Shown: one piece after another, positions 40,540-50,412 of the stretch
How positions within the stretch are numbered: position 1 is the stretch's first letter
How the letters are laid out: each line of letters opens with the position of its first letter
Assembly: GCA_963734545.1 (NCBI GenBank)
Contig: CAVTHO010000008.1
Location: 640,001-704,000 of the forward strand
Direction of reading: 5' to 3'
DNA: 64,000 nt
Source: an uncultured Spirochaetota bacterium
Lineage (GTDB): Bacteria; Spirochaetota; Spirochaetia; SZUA-6; Fen-1364
The notes under the pieces: generated by a model
What the model was told of the DNA's origin: nothing
Seen by the model: only the letters and a program-made list of their open reading frames with translations
Databases searched by the model: none
Translations under genes and position numbers: made by a program

Positions 40540-40682
40540 GGCCAAGAGAGGATAGCGGTTCGCCCTGGCGTGTGCAAGTTCGGGGCGCGGAGGCGCGCAA
40601 AACCGCCATGGCTGCGCGCCGCGCTGCAATCGCCCGCGTGGATGTTGACCGGGCCGCGGCGGCCCGCGTAGCATTCCCCTGC

Positions 40683-41520
40683 ATGAGCGTGGCGTGGTTT
40701 GTCCCCATCGGCATTTTCATCGGCGTCTACGGCACGCTCATCGGCGCGGGGGGCGGCTTCATCCTGGTGCCGATCCTCGTATTCCTCTTTCCACAGGACG
40801 GCCCGTCCATGATCACCGCGTCGTCACTTGCCGTCATCTGCGCCAACGCTGCTTCCGGCACCATTGCGTACGCGCGGATGAAGCGAATCAGCTACAAGAC
40901 GGGAGCTCTCTTCGCGGCCGCGTCGATCCCCGGAGCGTTCATCGGCTCCGCCCTCACGCGCTTCATTCCCAGAAGAGTATTCGGAGTTCTTTTCGGCGGG
41001 CTGCTCATGGCTGTCGCGGTATTCCTCTCCGTCACCCGGGGCATCCGCCGACAGGGCCCGGTCGGGGCGAGGGAAGGACGCGGACCCGCGCGCGCATGGG
41101 GGAGCGTGCGCGACACGGTTGTGGACAGGGAAGGCAGGTCTCATCCCCTGTCATTCAACCTGCTGGTCGGCACTGGGTCTCAGCATGCTCATCGGATTCC
41201 TGGCAACCCTGGTCGGCATCGGCGGCGGGCTGATCCACGTGCCCGTGCTCACGTACCTATTCAATTTTCCCCTGCACATCGCGACGGCAACCTCCCATTT
41301 TGTGCTCTTCTTCACCGCGCTCACCGGTGTCGTGGAGCACATTCTCGACCACACCTGGCCCACCCACCTGCTGCGCGATGCATGCCTTGCGGCGGGCGTC
41401 ATCGGCGGCGCCCAGGTCGGCGCATTCCTGTCCCGAAAGATCTCCGCCCCGTGGATCGTCCTGGCCCTGGCAATAGCTCTCGGCTTCGTGGGTGTGCGTC
41501 TCGTGCTTACCGCGTTGTAG
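40683..41520 (+). CDS. TSUP (TauE/SafE) family transporter, frameshift near 41175
   Basis: GTLIGAGGGFILVP and a second repeat LVGIGGGLIHVP; ATATSHF. Confidence 0.88.
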
Positions 41521-41552
41521 GATTCGTGCTAACCTTGCCGGGGAGAATCGCA

Positions 41553-41996
41553 ATGCTGGATACCGATCTCGAAGGCCTCGGGCCGAAGGAAGCTGCCGAG
41601 TACGTCCTGGCGTTCATCACCACGCTGAAGCAGACGGAGAAGGCGCTCGAGGCTGCGCAGGAGGAGTCCAACCTCTGGACGCGCCGGGTCAGCCTGGCCC
41701 AGTCCAGGGGTGATGCGGACCTCGCCGCGCAGGCGATGGCGCGGTTGTCGGACGCCACGGCGAAGCAGTCGAAGCTGGAAGCGGAGCTCGCGGACCTGAA
41801 GTCAAAGGTGTCGGTGCTGAAGGAAAAGCTGACGCGGATCCGCATGGCCGGGGTCAAGCTTGTGGACGCTGACCTGCTCCTGGCGCAGCTGCAGATGGTG
41901 GCCGGCAAGAAGGACGAGCTGGCGCACACGATGAAGCAGGAAGAGGCCGGCGCGGCGCTGGATGAGCTGAAGAAGAAGATGCAGGGACCACAGTGA
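41553..41996 (+). CDS. Short PspA/IM30-like coiled-coil protein
   Basis: WTRRVSLAQSRGDADLAAQA resembles the PspA hairpin motif; C-terminal LDELKKKM. Confidence 0.6.
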   Translation: MLDTDLEGLGPKEAAEYVLAFITTLKQTEKALEAAQEESNLWTRRVSLAQSRGDADLAAQAMARLSDATAKQSKLEAELADLKSKVSVLKEKLTRIRMAGVKLVDADLLLAQLQMVAGKKDELAHTMKQEEAGAALDELKKKMQGPQ

Positions 41997-42011
41997 GGCC
42001 CGCGAAACCAG

Positions 42012-42632
42012 GTGCATGAAACCACGGTGAACGAGGACCTCCTCGACCGCTACCGGCAGACAGGAGTTCCCGTATACCGCCTCTACGAACCCCCCACCCT
42101 CTGCGCCGTGCTCGGCGCTTCCGGCAAGCCCGCGCAGGACCTCCTGCTGGAACACCTGGAGGCAGACGGGGTGCCGTGGATGAAGAGAAGAGGCGGCGGC
42201 GGCACCGTGATCCTCGGTCCCGGCCAGGTGGTGCTCGCCCTTGTCACCACGGTGGAATCTCCTTTCAGGAACCGCGAGTACGCCGCGGCAATCAATTCGT
42301 GGATCGTCGACTCCCTTGCGCTCCTGGGAGTCAACGGCGTGCATCCCGAGGGGATCTCAGACCTGGCCATCGGAGAAAAGAAGATCGTGGGAACCTCGCT
42401 TTATCGGACCCGGCTGGTTCTCTTCTACCAGGCGAGCCTCCTGGTCTCCAACGATATCTCGGTATTCACGCGCTACCTGGCAATGCCCACCAAGGTTCCT
42501 GAGTACCGTGCGGGCAGGAGCCACGAGGAGTTCTGCACGACCATTGCGCGGGAAGGCTATGCGGTCACCGTGCGGGACGTGATAGGGGCGATGGAGAGTG
42601 TCGTGAGCAAGCGCCTGCCTCTGCTGAGGTAG
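42012..42632 (+). CDS. Lipoate-protein ligase family protein (catalytic domain only)
   Basis: KRRGGGGTVILGPG and SDLAIGEKKIVG. Confidence 0.85.
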   Translation: MHETTVNEDLLDRYRQTGVPVYRLYEPPTLCAVLGASGKPAQDLLLEHLEADGVPWMKRRGGGGTVILGPGQVVLALVTTVESPFRNREYAAAINSWIVDSLALLGVNGVHPEGISDLAIGEKKIVGTSLYRTRLVLFYQASLLVSNDISVFTRYLAMPTKVPEYRAGRSHEEFCTTIAREGYAVTVRDVIGAMESVVSKRLPLLR

Positions 42633-42645
42633 ACATCGAGGAGTC

Positions 42646-43269
42646 ATGTCAGGAGGTGCCGCGATGAGCGATTTCGCTTTGTCTTCGATACCCCGCAGGC
42701 TGCAATGGCGGAACCGTCCATTGGAATGGGACCCGGGGGACGGCGCGAGGCTCACGATCACCGCCTCAGAGCTCACCGACCTGTTCATCGATCCATCGGG
42801 GAGCGGCGCGACCGACAATGTGCCGAGCGCGCTTTTCGCGCCTCCTGATGCGAGCTTTCTGCTGAGCGCCCGCGTCGCGGTGGATTTTGCCACGACATTC
42901 GACGCAGGGGTCCTCCAGCTCAGGGAGAAGGATGATCTGTGGGCAAAGCTCTGCTTCGAGCTTTCCCCGCAGCAGGAGCCCACCGTGGTATCGGTTGTCA
43001 CGCGCGGGACTTCCGATGACTGCAATTCGACCGTCATCGCCGGTCGGGAGGTTTTTCTCCGGATAGCCCATACACCGGAGGCAACGGCGTTTCACTACTC
43101 TCTGGATGGCCGGTTCTGGCGGATGGTCAGGTACTTCAGCCTCGGCAGGTTGAGCTATCCGAAGGTGGGGTTTTCGTCGCAATCGCCCACGGGAAAAAAA
43201 TGTACCGCGGTATTCTCGGATATCACCTACAGGCCCGGTGCGTTGAAGGACCGCAGAAACGGGGAGTGA
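42646..43269 (+). CDS. DUF1349 (concanavalin A-like) protein
   Basis: TDLFIDP, WAKLCFE, SVVTRGTSDD and SQSPTG. Confidence 0.85.
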   Translation: MSGGAAMSDFALSSIPRRLQWRNRPLEWDPGDGARLTITASELTDLFIDPSGSGATDNVPSALFAPPDASFLLSARVAVDFATTFDAGVLQLREKDDLWAKLCFELSPQQEPTVVSVVTRGTSDDCNSTVIAGREVFLRIAHTPEATAFHYSLDGRFWRMVRYFSLGRLSYPKVGFSSQSPTGKKCTAVFSDITYRPGALKDRRNGE

Positions 43270-43341
43270 GGGCGCGCATCTCGCGGTGGCAGAACTCTCG
43301 CAGATGACCCGGTAGTCCCGCTCGCGCGGGTGCCGGCAGGC

Positions 43342-44244
43342 TCACGCGGGAAGAGAGAACCCGTACTCCTTCAGGACCCGCTTGGGAAACTCGAACCGCA
43401 CGGTCTTCAGGGGATCCACCACCTGGCAGAACCTGAGCTGGCCCACCAGGCTCATGAGCATGCCCGCGTCGTTCAGGGGTATTCCCACCGCGTCGGTGAG
43501 GAACGCCGCCATGCGGTGGGTTGCCTGGGAAGCCGCCTCGTCCGCGGTTTTCGCGGCCACGATCGTCGCGACGGACTCTTCATTCTCCACAAAGGGCGTG
43601 GGCAGGCCGGGAATGTCGACGACCTGCGCGACGAACCGGACCGACCCGGCTGTCTCCGCCCCGCAGACAACGATTTCCCCGTCTCCCATTGCCGCGTGAA
43701 GATCGCCGGCGCCGAAAAGCGCCCCCTCCACCCCGACGGTCAGGTAGAGGCGCGCGCCCTGCGCGATCATCGTGCAGTCCATGTTGCCCCCGTGGGGACC
43801 CGGCGTCCCGTTGGGGACCTCTCCGGCTGACGGGGCGACACCGATCACGCCTATCATGGGCTTGCGGGGGAAGCGGAGGTGACGAAACAGTATGTCGTTG
43901 CCTTCCCGTTTCAGGATCGCGGTTTCCATCTTCGTGATCACATCCCCGAGCACGCCTTCCCCGGGAATCGTGACCATGCTCGACTGGTCGCCGATCGTGA
44001 TCTCCCGGAGCTCGACGCGGAGCACATCGCCCGGCTTCGTTCCCTCGATGTACAGGGGGCCTGTTGCCGGGTTCACGTGGCTCCAATCCAGCGTGCTGAT
44101 CAGGTCTTTCTCCGTGCGGATCTGACCCTGGAAGCAGTCATGAGTTTCCAGGAGCACTTCCTCGCCCTGCTTGACGCGCGCAACCGGCCGCCCGGCCGGG
44201 CTGAATGCGAAAAAGACATTCTCTCGCGATATTCGGGTGGCCAT
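43342..44244 (-). CDS. Acetamidase/formamidase family protein
   Basis: VNPATGPLYIEG, PHGGNMD and GDLHAAMGDGE. Confidence 0.92.
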   Translation of the reverse strand: MATRISRENVFFAFSPAGRPVARVKQGEEVLLETHDCFQGQIRTEKDLISTLDWSHVNPATGPLYIEGTKPGDVLRVELREITIGDQSSMVTIPGEGVLGDVITKMETAILKREGNDILFRHLRFPRKPMIGVIGVAPSAGEVPNGTPGPHGGNMDCTMIAQGARLYLTVGVEGALFGAGDLHAAMGDGEIVVCGAETAGSVRFVAQVVDIPGLPTPFVENEESVATIVAAKTADEAASQATHRMAAFLTDAVGIPLNDAGMLMSLVGQLRFCQVVDPLKTVRFEFPKRVLKEYGFSLPA

Positions 44245-44255
44245 GATGCCCCTCC

Positions 44256-44303
44256 TCGCCGCCGTATTCGGCGGATTCTGCGCCGCCGTTCGGCGGATTC
44301 TGC
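44256..44303 (-). repeat. Two tandem hairpin-element copies between the C69 stop and the amidase RBS
   Basis: Minus strand GCAGAATCCGCCG-AA-CGGCGG-C-GCAGAATCCGCCG-AATA-CGGCGG. Confidence 0.8.
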
Positions 44304-44308
44304 TTCTC

Positions 44309-45605
44309 TTACGCGGGCATGCCCGTCAATCCTGCCGCAGAGTTCAGCACGGCCCACATTCTGCGGTAGGCGGGATCCAGGAACGCGAGATCGGTCCGGG
44401 AGCGAAGACGCGCGATCCAGGCGTCCGTTTCCTCCATGGCCCGCTGAAAACAGTGAGCCATGAAATCCCGCTTTTCCCGGTCGGTGCCCCGGCGCACCGA
44501 TTCGGCTTCGACCAGGAACCCGGCCTCCAGGCGGTCGAAATCCGAGCGGATCTCCGGAACAAGCACGTCGAAATCGGCCATCGCGCGGCGGTGCAGAAGC
44601 TCGTGCTTCCACCAGAGGGATCGCGGGTCGAAATGCTCGGTGGGAACGGGTCCGATCTCCGGGAGGTCCATGCGCGGGAAAACCGGTTTGAAAATGGAGA
44701 GGCAGTTGCCCGACGTGCCGGTGGCCCACACGAGGATGTCCTCCCCGCGCGCGTCCGCGACCATTGCTCCGTCCGCCTGCCACCATCGGTCCTTCTGGGG
44801 ACCGGCGTGCATGCAGGTATTGGCGTGCACCGGCGCGGTGGCCGGATGATAACCCGCCCCATGCTGTCTCATCAGATCGAACATCGTGCGCGTGGTGATG
44901 CTGCCCTTCTTGTCCGCGAGCCCGTTGAACGTGATGCGCTGGCGCTCGGGCGCGCCGAGGGTCGGCGGCACCTCGGGGAGTCCGTAGGCCTGCGCCCAGT
45001 CCAGGGGCCCTCCGCTTCGCGCTGCGGAACACTGGTCCCAGTCAGCACGAATGCCGAGCATGTTGGAGATCGAGCCGATGCCGTCGATCCGGCGCACCGC
45101 CCATTTCCGGCCGGCGGTCTCCAGGACATATGCCTCCGACGTGTCCGACATGAGGAAGCTGCTGTCGAAATGAGAATTGCCCTTCAGCTCCGCGCTGCCC
45201 CCCTGGCCGTAGGTTTCAAGGAGATCCGTCATGACGGCGATTGCCTCGCGGCAGGTGCGGGCACGTTCCAGGCCGATGCGCATGAGGTCAGGGCCGATGA
45301 TCCCGTCCCGCTCTTCCGCCATCTCCGTGGTGAACACGGCCTCTTCTCCCATGCACAGGCCGAACTCGTTCACGCCGAGCTCACAACCGTATGTCCAGAA
45401 GGCCTTGGTGAGGATCAGGTCGAAGGTCTCCTCCGCCTGGGGGATGACGAGATGGGTCAACCGGACGGTCTCTCCCGGGACGTGCCGCGCGCGGGGTATG
45501 CGGACAAGGGCGTTTGCTTCGTTCACCTCGCAATCGGCGCTCTTTGCGAACAGCACTGCCGCCGGAACCGGTCGCCGTCCCGAGGGCCACGAAGGTATCA
45601 CACAT
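44309..45605 (-). CDS. Peptidase C69 (secernin/dipeptidase, Ntn hydrolase), frameshift near the 5' end
   Basis: MCDTFVAL N-terminal nucleophile Cys; FAKSAD, WTYGCELGVNEFG and SISN. Confidence 0.88.
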
Positions 45606-46657
45606 CCTTTGCCGGCGTCTCTCTCTTCCCGCGGAGACCGAAGAGTCCCAGCGGCCAGCGCAGCTCCCGACCGCCCATGATGCCTGCCGGGCGCAGGATG
45701 AGGATGACGATCAGCAGAACTGCCATGACGATCTCGGTGAATCCCACCAGCCCGAAGGGAAGGATCTTCGACATGTTCACATTGTTCTCAATCGACCTCA
45801 ATCCTTCCCGCAGCAGCGTAACCAGCACTGTGCCGATCACCGCGCCCGAGATGCCGTTCGGGCCTCCGATCACGAGCATGGAGAGGAATACGAACATGGC
45901 GGAGAGATAGAATGCATACGGGGAGAACGAGGTGATGAAGTGGGCCCACAGGGCGCCGGCGAAATCCGGCCATGAAAGCGCTCAGTACAAAGGCAAAATA
46001 GCGCATCATGACGATGTTGATGCCGATGGAAGCGGCCGCGAACGCGTCGTCCCGGGAGGCGCGCAGCTTGAGGCCGACGGATGACTCCTTGAACCACCAG
46101 GCAACCGCCAGGAAGACAATGGCGAAGACCGTCGCCGTCCCCAGGTAGGTGAAACGGTCCACGCCGAAGAGAGTGCGCGGCCCGTTGGTGAGGGACGACC
46201 AGTGGACCAGCACCACGTTGATGATCACCAGGAGCGAGAAAATAGTGATGACCCCTGCCGCATCGGAGAGCCGCATGAGCGGATAGGCCACGACGGCAGC
46301 CACCAGTGCGGCGATCAAGCCCCCGATCAGGACTGAGACGACGAACGGAAGCTGGATCTGGGTGAGGAAAGGGTAGAGGTCCGGCAGGGCCGCCGCCTTG
46401 GCGGCCGGCGTCATTGAAAAGAGCACCGAGCCGTACGCGCCGATGCCCATGAATCCTGCCACGGCAAAGGAGAGGATCCCGGAATTGCCCATGAACACCT
46501 GCAGGGCCAGCACGAGGATCACGTCGACGAAAAGGACCGTGATGATGCGCTCGATCAGCGTGTCACCGATCAGGAACGTGACCGCGGAGATCAGGAGGAG
46601 CGGCACGGTCAGGACGAAGAATGTGGAGTTGCGGGAGAACCATGGGGACGGCTTCAT
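45598..46657 (-). CDS. Branched-chain-amino-acid-type ABC permease (LivM-like), frameshifted
   Basis: GILSFAVAGFMGIGAY, LTNGPRTL, GLKLRASRDDAFAA and ILRPAGIMG. Confidence 0.88.
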
Positions 46658-46662
46658 GCGCA

Positions 46663-47553
46663 TTACACCCTTCCCGAGGAGTTCACGCCCCGGATCAGGC
46701 CTTCCGGGCGGAAGAGCAGGATCAGGATCACGACGATGAACATGAATGCCTCGCGGAACTCGAGCATTCCCTCCGGGAGGAGCACGCCTATCAGGCTGAA
46801 CACGATGCCGTAGATGTACCCTCCCACCACGGCGCCCAGCAGGCTGCGCATTCCCCCGATCACGGTTGCCACGAAGGCCACCAGCAGGGGGGCCGCGCCG
46901 ATGGTCGGCGTGACGGAGGCCGTACGGCCCACCCAGAAGAGCGCCACCACGCCGGCCAGAAGGCCGCTGATGGCAAACGCCGCCGATATCACGAGGTTTG
47001 CCGGCACCCCGAGCATGCGGGTCATGCGGAAATTGTCCGAGGCGGCGCGGAGGGCGATGCCCAGCACCGTCTTGCGGAGAAGCAGGACCAGCAGACCCAG
47101 AAGGAGGAGACTGGTCACGATGGCCAGGAGGTTTCGGATCGGCACCGACTGGCCCAGCACCAGCGCGCTCTCGCTGAAGGCCTTCGGCAGCGGCACGCCC
47201 CTGGCGCGCGGCGAGATGAGGAGAAGGGTCGCGTTCTGCAGCAGCGTGCTCACCGCGAACGAGGTGATCAGCACGGCGGTGAGGGAGTTCGACCGCACCG
47301 GCCGGAAGGCCACCCGCTCGGTCAGGTAGCTGGTGAGCACCGCCACCCCGACGGCCAGTATGGCCATCACGATCCAGGGCAGCTGCGGCCCAAGGGCGAG
47401 CACGAATAACGAGTAGCCGGCGATCATGATCAGCTCGCCGTACGCGAAGTTCACCAGCTTGAGGATGCCGTACACGATCACCATGCCCAGCGCGAGAAGG
47501 GCATACGTGCTGCCGAGGCTGATCGCGTTGATGAGGAAATCCAGCGTGATCAT
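46663..47553 (-). CDS. Branched-chain-amino-acid-type ABC permease (LivH-like)
   Basis: YALLALGMVIVYGILKLVNFAYGE and LLFRPEGL. Confidence 0.92.
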   Translation of the reverse strand: MITLDFLINAISLGSTYALLALGMVIVYGILKLVNFAYGELIMIAGYSLFVLALGPQLPWIVMAILAVGVAVLTSYLTERVAFRPVRSNSLTAVLITSFAVSTLLQNATLLLISPRARGVPLPKAFSESALVLGQSVPIRNLLAIVTSLLLLGLLVLLLRKTVLGIALRAASDNFRMTRMLGVPANLVISAAFAISGLLAGVVALFWVGRTASVTPTIGAAPLLVAFVATVIGGMRSLLGAVVGGYIYGIVFSLIGVLLPEGMLEFREAFMFIVVILILLFRPEGLIRGVNSSGRV

Positions 47554-48276
47554 TTCGCTTCCCTCCGGTCGCCGAGATAGACCCCTTCCACGTTGCCGAA
47601 CTCCCGGATGTGGGCAGGAGTGCCCTCGACCTCGACCTGGCCCGTGTGCAGCAGGTACGCCCTGTCGACGATGGCGAGCGTGCGTTCGACATTCTGCTCC
47701 ACGAGCAGGATGGTCACGCCTCGCCGATGCAGCCTGTCGATCAGCTCGAAGATCTGGTCCACCAGCACCGGAGAAAGCCCCAGGGAAGGCTCGTCCAGCA
47801 TGAGGAGCCGGGGATGAGACATCAGGGCCCGGGCCACCGCGAGCTGCTGCTGCTCACCGCCGGAGAGGGTCCCCCCTGCCTGGCGGAGGCGTTCGCCGAG
47901 GATGGGAAAAAGGTCGACCATCTCCGCGACGTCGCGCTGAAACTCGGCGCGGTTCCTGCGGACAAAAGCCCCCAGGCGCAGGTTCTCCGCCACGGTGAGA
48001 CTGGGGAATATGTCGCGCCCCTCCGGCACCAGGGCGATTCCTTTGCGCGTGATGTACTCCGGCGACCGGCCCTGGAGCTGTTCCCCCTGGAAGGTGATGC
48101 TGCCCTGGTGCGGCTTCAGCCCGCCGGCGATCGTCGTCGAGCGTCGTGCTCTTGCCGGCCCCGTTCACGCCGATCAGCGCAACCAGCTCGCCCTCCGTGA
48201 CGGAGAGGGAAACGCCGCGCAGCGCGGTGATTGCCCCGTAGCGGACGAAGATGTTGTCGACATTCAGGACACTCAC
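47550..48276 (-). CDS. ABC ATPase (LivF-like), frameshifted
   Basis: GVNGAGKST, LSGGEQQQL and LDEPSLGL. Confidence 0.9.
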
Positions 48277-49013
48277 GTCTTTGATACCGCCGTGGATCCC
48301 AGGTAGGCTTCGACCACTGCCGGAATGGCCCTCACCTGTTCCGGCGTTCCCTCCCCGATGGTCCTCCCATAGCTCAGCACGTGCAGGCGATGACAGAGGC
48401 GCATGATCATGCGCATGTCGTGCTCCACGATCAGCATGCCCAGGCCCTTCTGGCCCGGGATCGGCGCCAGGATCCCGAGCAGCTCGTCGCTTTCATCCTC
48501 GTTCAGGCCCGCGGCCGGCTCGTCCAGAAGCAGGAACCTGGGCTCCATGGCGAGCGCGCGCGCAACCTCGACCCGCCGCTCCAGGCCGTAGGGCAGGGCC
48601 CCCGCCCTGTGCTCCGCCCAGTCCGAGAGCACCAGCTCTTCCAGCACGATCTCCGCGCGGCGCAGAGCCGCGGCCCGGGTGAGACCCATGCTGACCGCCG
48701 CAACCTGCACGTTCTCGATCACCGTCAGCTCGCGAAAGAGCCGTATGGTCTGGAACGTGCGGGCGATGCCGTGCCGCGCGATGAGGTAGGCGGGCTTGTT
48801 CGTGATGTCGGTGCCTTCGACGGAGACGCGGCCCCCCGTGGCCGGCAGGAGCCCGGTGATAACGTTGATCAATGTGGTTTTCCCGGAGCCATTCGGACCG
48901 ATCAACCCGAGGATCTCCCCCTCCGCGAGCGTGAGACTCACGTCGTTCACGGCGCGCAGCCCGGCGAAATCCTTGGTGATGCCTTTCACGACCAGCTCAC
49001 GCGTTCGTTCCAT
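48273..49013 (-). CDS. ABC ATPase (LivG-like)
   Basis: GPNGSGKTT, LPYG, LLDEPAAG and VEHDM. Confidence 0.92.
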   Translation of the reverse strand: MERTRELVVKGITKDFAGLRAVNDVSLTLAEGEILGLIGPNGSGKTTLINVITGLLPATGGRVSVEGTDITNKPAYLIARHGIARTFQTIRLFRELTVIENVQVAAVSMGLTRAAALRRAEIVLEELVLSDWAEHRAGALPYGLERRVEVARALAMEPRFLLLDEPAAGLNEDESDELLGILAPIPGQKGLGMLIVEHDMRMIMRLCHRLHVLSYGRTIGEGTPEQVRAIPAVVEAYLGSTAVSKT

Positions 49014-49053
49014 GGTATAGATTTCTCCGCACAAGTCGGGAAGGCGCGCAATG

Positions 49054-49084
49054 CGGAGAGAGGGGCGGAAAGCCCCTCTCTCCG
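49054..49084. terminator. Strong stem-loop between the SBP and ATPase genes
   Basis: CGGAGAGAGGGGC-GGAAA-GCCCCTCTCTCCG, perfect 13-bp stem. Confidence 0.7.
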
Positions 49085-49094
49085 TGAATGCCCG

Positions 49095-49114
49095 CCGACG
49101 TACCCGACGGATTT
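49095..49114 (-). repeat. Single hairpin-element copy after the SBP stop codon
   Basis: Minus strand AAAT-CCGTCG-GGTA-CGTCGG. Confidence 0.6.
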
Positions 49115-49126
49115 TTCAGCGACTCC

Positions 49127-50308
49127 CTATGGCGCCGGAATGTCCGTGGGCCGGACCCACCCGAGGAACTTGGGCACGCTCTTTTCGAGCTGCACAAGCG
49201 GGGCCTCGATGTCGGGTTCGTGGCCCTTGTCGGTGCCTGACCACTTGAGCTTGCCGGTGAGCAGGGAGAACTCGGTCGTTTCCATGACCTTTGCCATGGC
49301 CGCGCCGTCCGTCGATTTAGCCTTCTCCATGGCCTGGGCCATGATCATCACGACGTCCCAGCCGGTTGCCACCCATACCGCATCAGGCTCGGTGTTGTAC
49401 TTGGCCTTGTAGATATTCAGGAAGTTTTCCATGTCCGGGGTGACCCCGGGCGCGAGGAAGCTGTGCGTATCGAAGTAGATGTCGCTCCCGTACTTCTCTC
49501 CGAGCGCCTTGAACAGGCCCGGGTCGTCATACGAGTCCCCGCCGACGATGGGCACCGAGATGCCCGCCTCGCGGATGGAGCGGATGATCGTGCCCAGGTC
49601 AGGCATGTAAGAGGATATGAAGATAAAATCGAACTTCTTTGACGCCTTGATCCGGGCGAGCTGCGCCGAGAAATCCTGCGCCCCCTGCACGTAGGTGTCC
49701 TCGAAGAGGATCTTGCCGCCCTGCTTCTCGAAGTGCTGGATGAAATAGCGGCTCAACGACTTCGTATAGTCGATGAAAGTATCCGTCACCACGTAACCGG
49801 TCTTCCATCCCTTCTTCCAGGCGAACTCCGCCGTTGCGGCGCCCATGGTGGTGTTCCACATGGACATCGTGAACTGCTTGTCCCCAAGGGTCTTGGACCC
49901 GTACAGGGGGGACGAGGCAGCCGGGGAAATGCCGACGATGCCGGCCTTCTGCGCCTCGCGGCTCGCGGGGCCGCCGAAATCGAAGTCGCTGGGTGCGATG
50001 ATGGCCTTGGCGCCCTTCTTGATCAGCTCCACCGCGACGTTGCCCACGGTGACCGGGTCGCTCTTGCCGTCGAGGTTCACGAACTCGACCTTGCGGCCCA
50101 GGATACCGCCCTTCTTGTTCAGCTCGTCCACCGCGAGCTGTGCCCCCCGTACGGCCGGCTCATCCAGCGGTGCCTGGATGCCGGTCAGGCAGAGGGCGCC
50201 TCCGATCATTATCGTCTGTGAGCTCTTTGCCGGGCCGCACGCGACAAGGGCCAGGCTCAGGATCACGGTAAGGCCGATCAGGATCGACCACTTGAAAGTT
50301 CGCGACAT
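49127..50308 (-). CDS. LivK/J-type ABC substrate-binding lipoprotein
   Basis: Lipobox ALVAC; AVDELNKKGGILGRKVE and DFSAQLARIK. Confidence 0.92.
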   Translation of the reverse strand: MSRTFKWSILIGLTVILSLALVACGPAKSSQTIMIGGALCLTGIQAPLDEPAVRGAQLAVDELNKKGGILGRKVEFVNLDGKSDPVTVGNVAVELIKKGAKAIIAPSDFDFGGPASREAQKAGIVGISPAASSPLYGSKTLGDKQFTMSMWNTTMGAATAEFAWKKGWKTGYVVTDTFIDYTKSLSRYFIQHFEKQGGKILFEDTYVQGAQDFSAQLARIKASKKFDFIFISSYMPDLGTIIRSIREAGISVPIVGGDSYDDPGLFKALGEKYGSDIYFDTHSFLAPGVTPDMENFLNIYKAKYNTEPDAVWVATGWDVVMIMAQAMEKAKSTDGAAMAKVMETTEFSLLTGKLKWSGTDKGHEPDIEAPLVQLEKSVPKFLGWVRPTDIPAP

Positions 50309-50412
50309 TGGATCCTCCTTTGAATGAAGAGACATATTCGAGGATTAAAGGAGAAATGAGGCTCCGCGTCAATGCCCGACGGAGATTGCCGGTTTCGATC
50401 GTCGTCCCGCGG

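Noticed and set aside
36600-40700. Replication origin near mnmE-mnmG-rsmG
   Set aside because: No DnaA-box cluster, AT-rich unwinding region, dnaA or parAB was seen.
40572-41996. TSUP-PspA fusion protein (474-aa ORF)
   Set aside because: A frameshift near 41175 produces it. The TSUP second half is in another frame ending at 41520, and the next gene has its own RBS and ATG at 41553.
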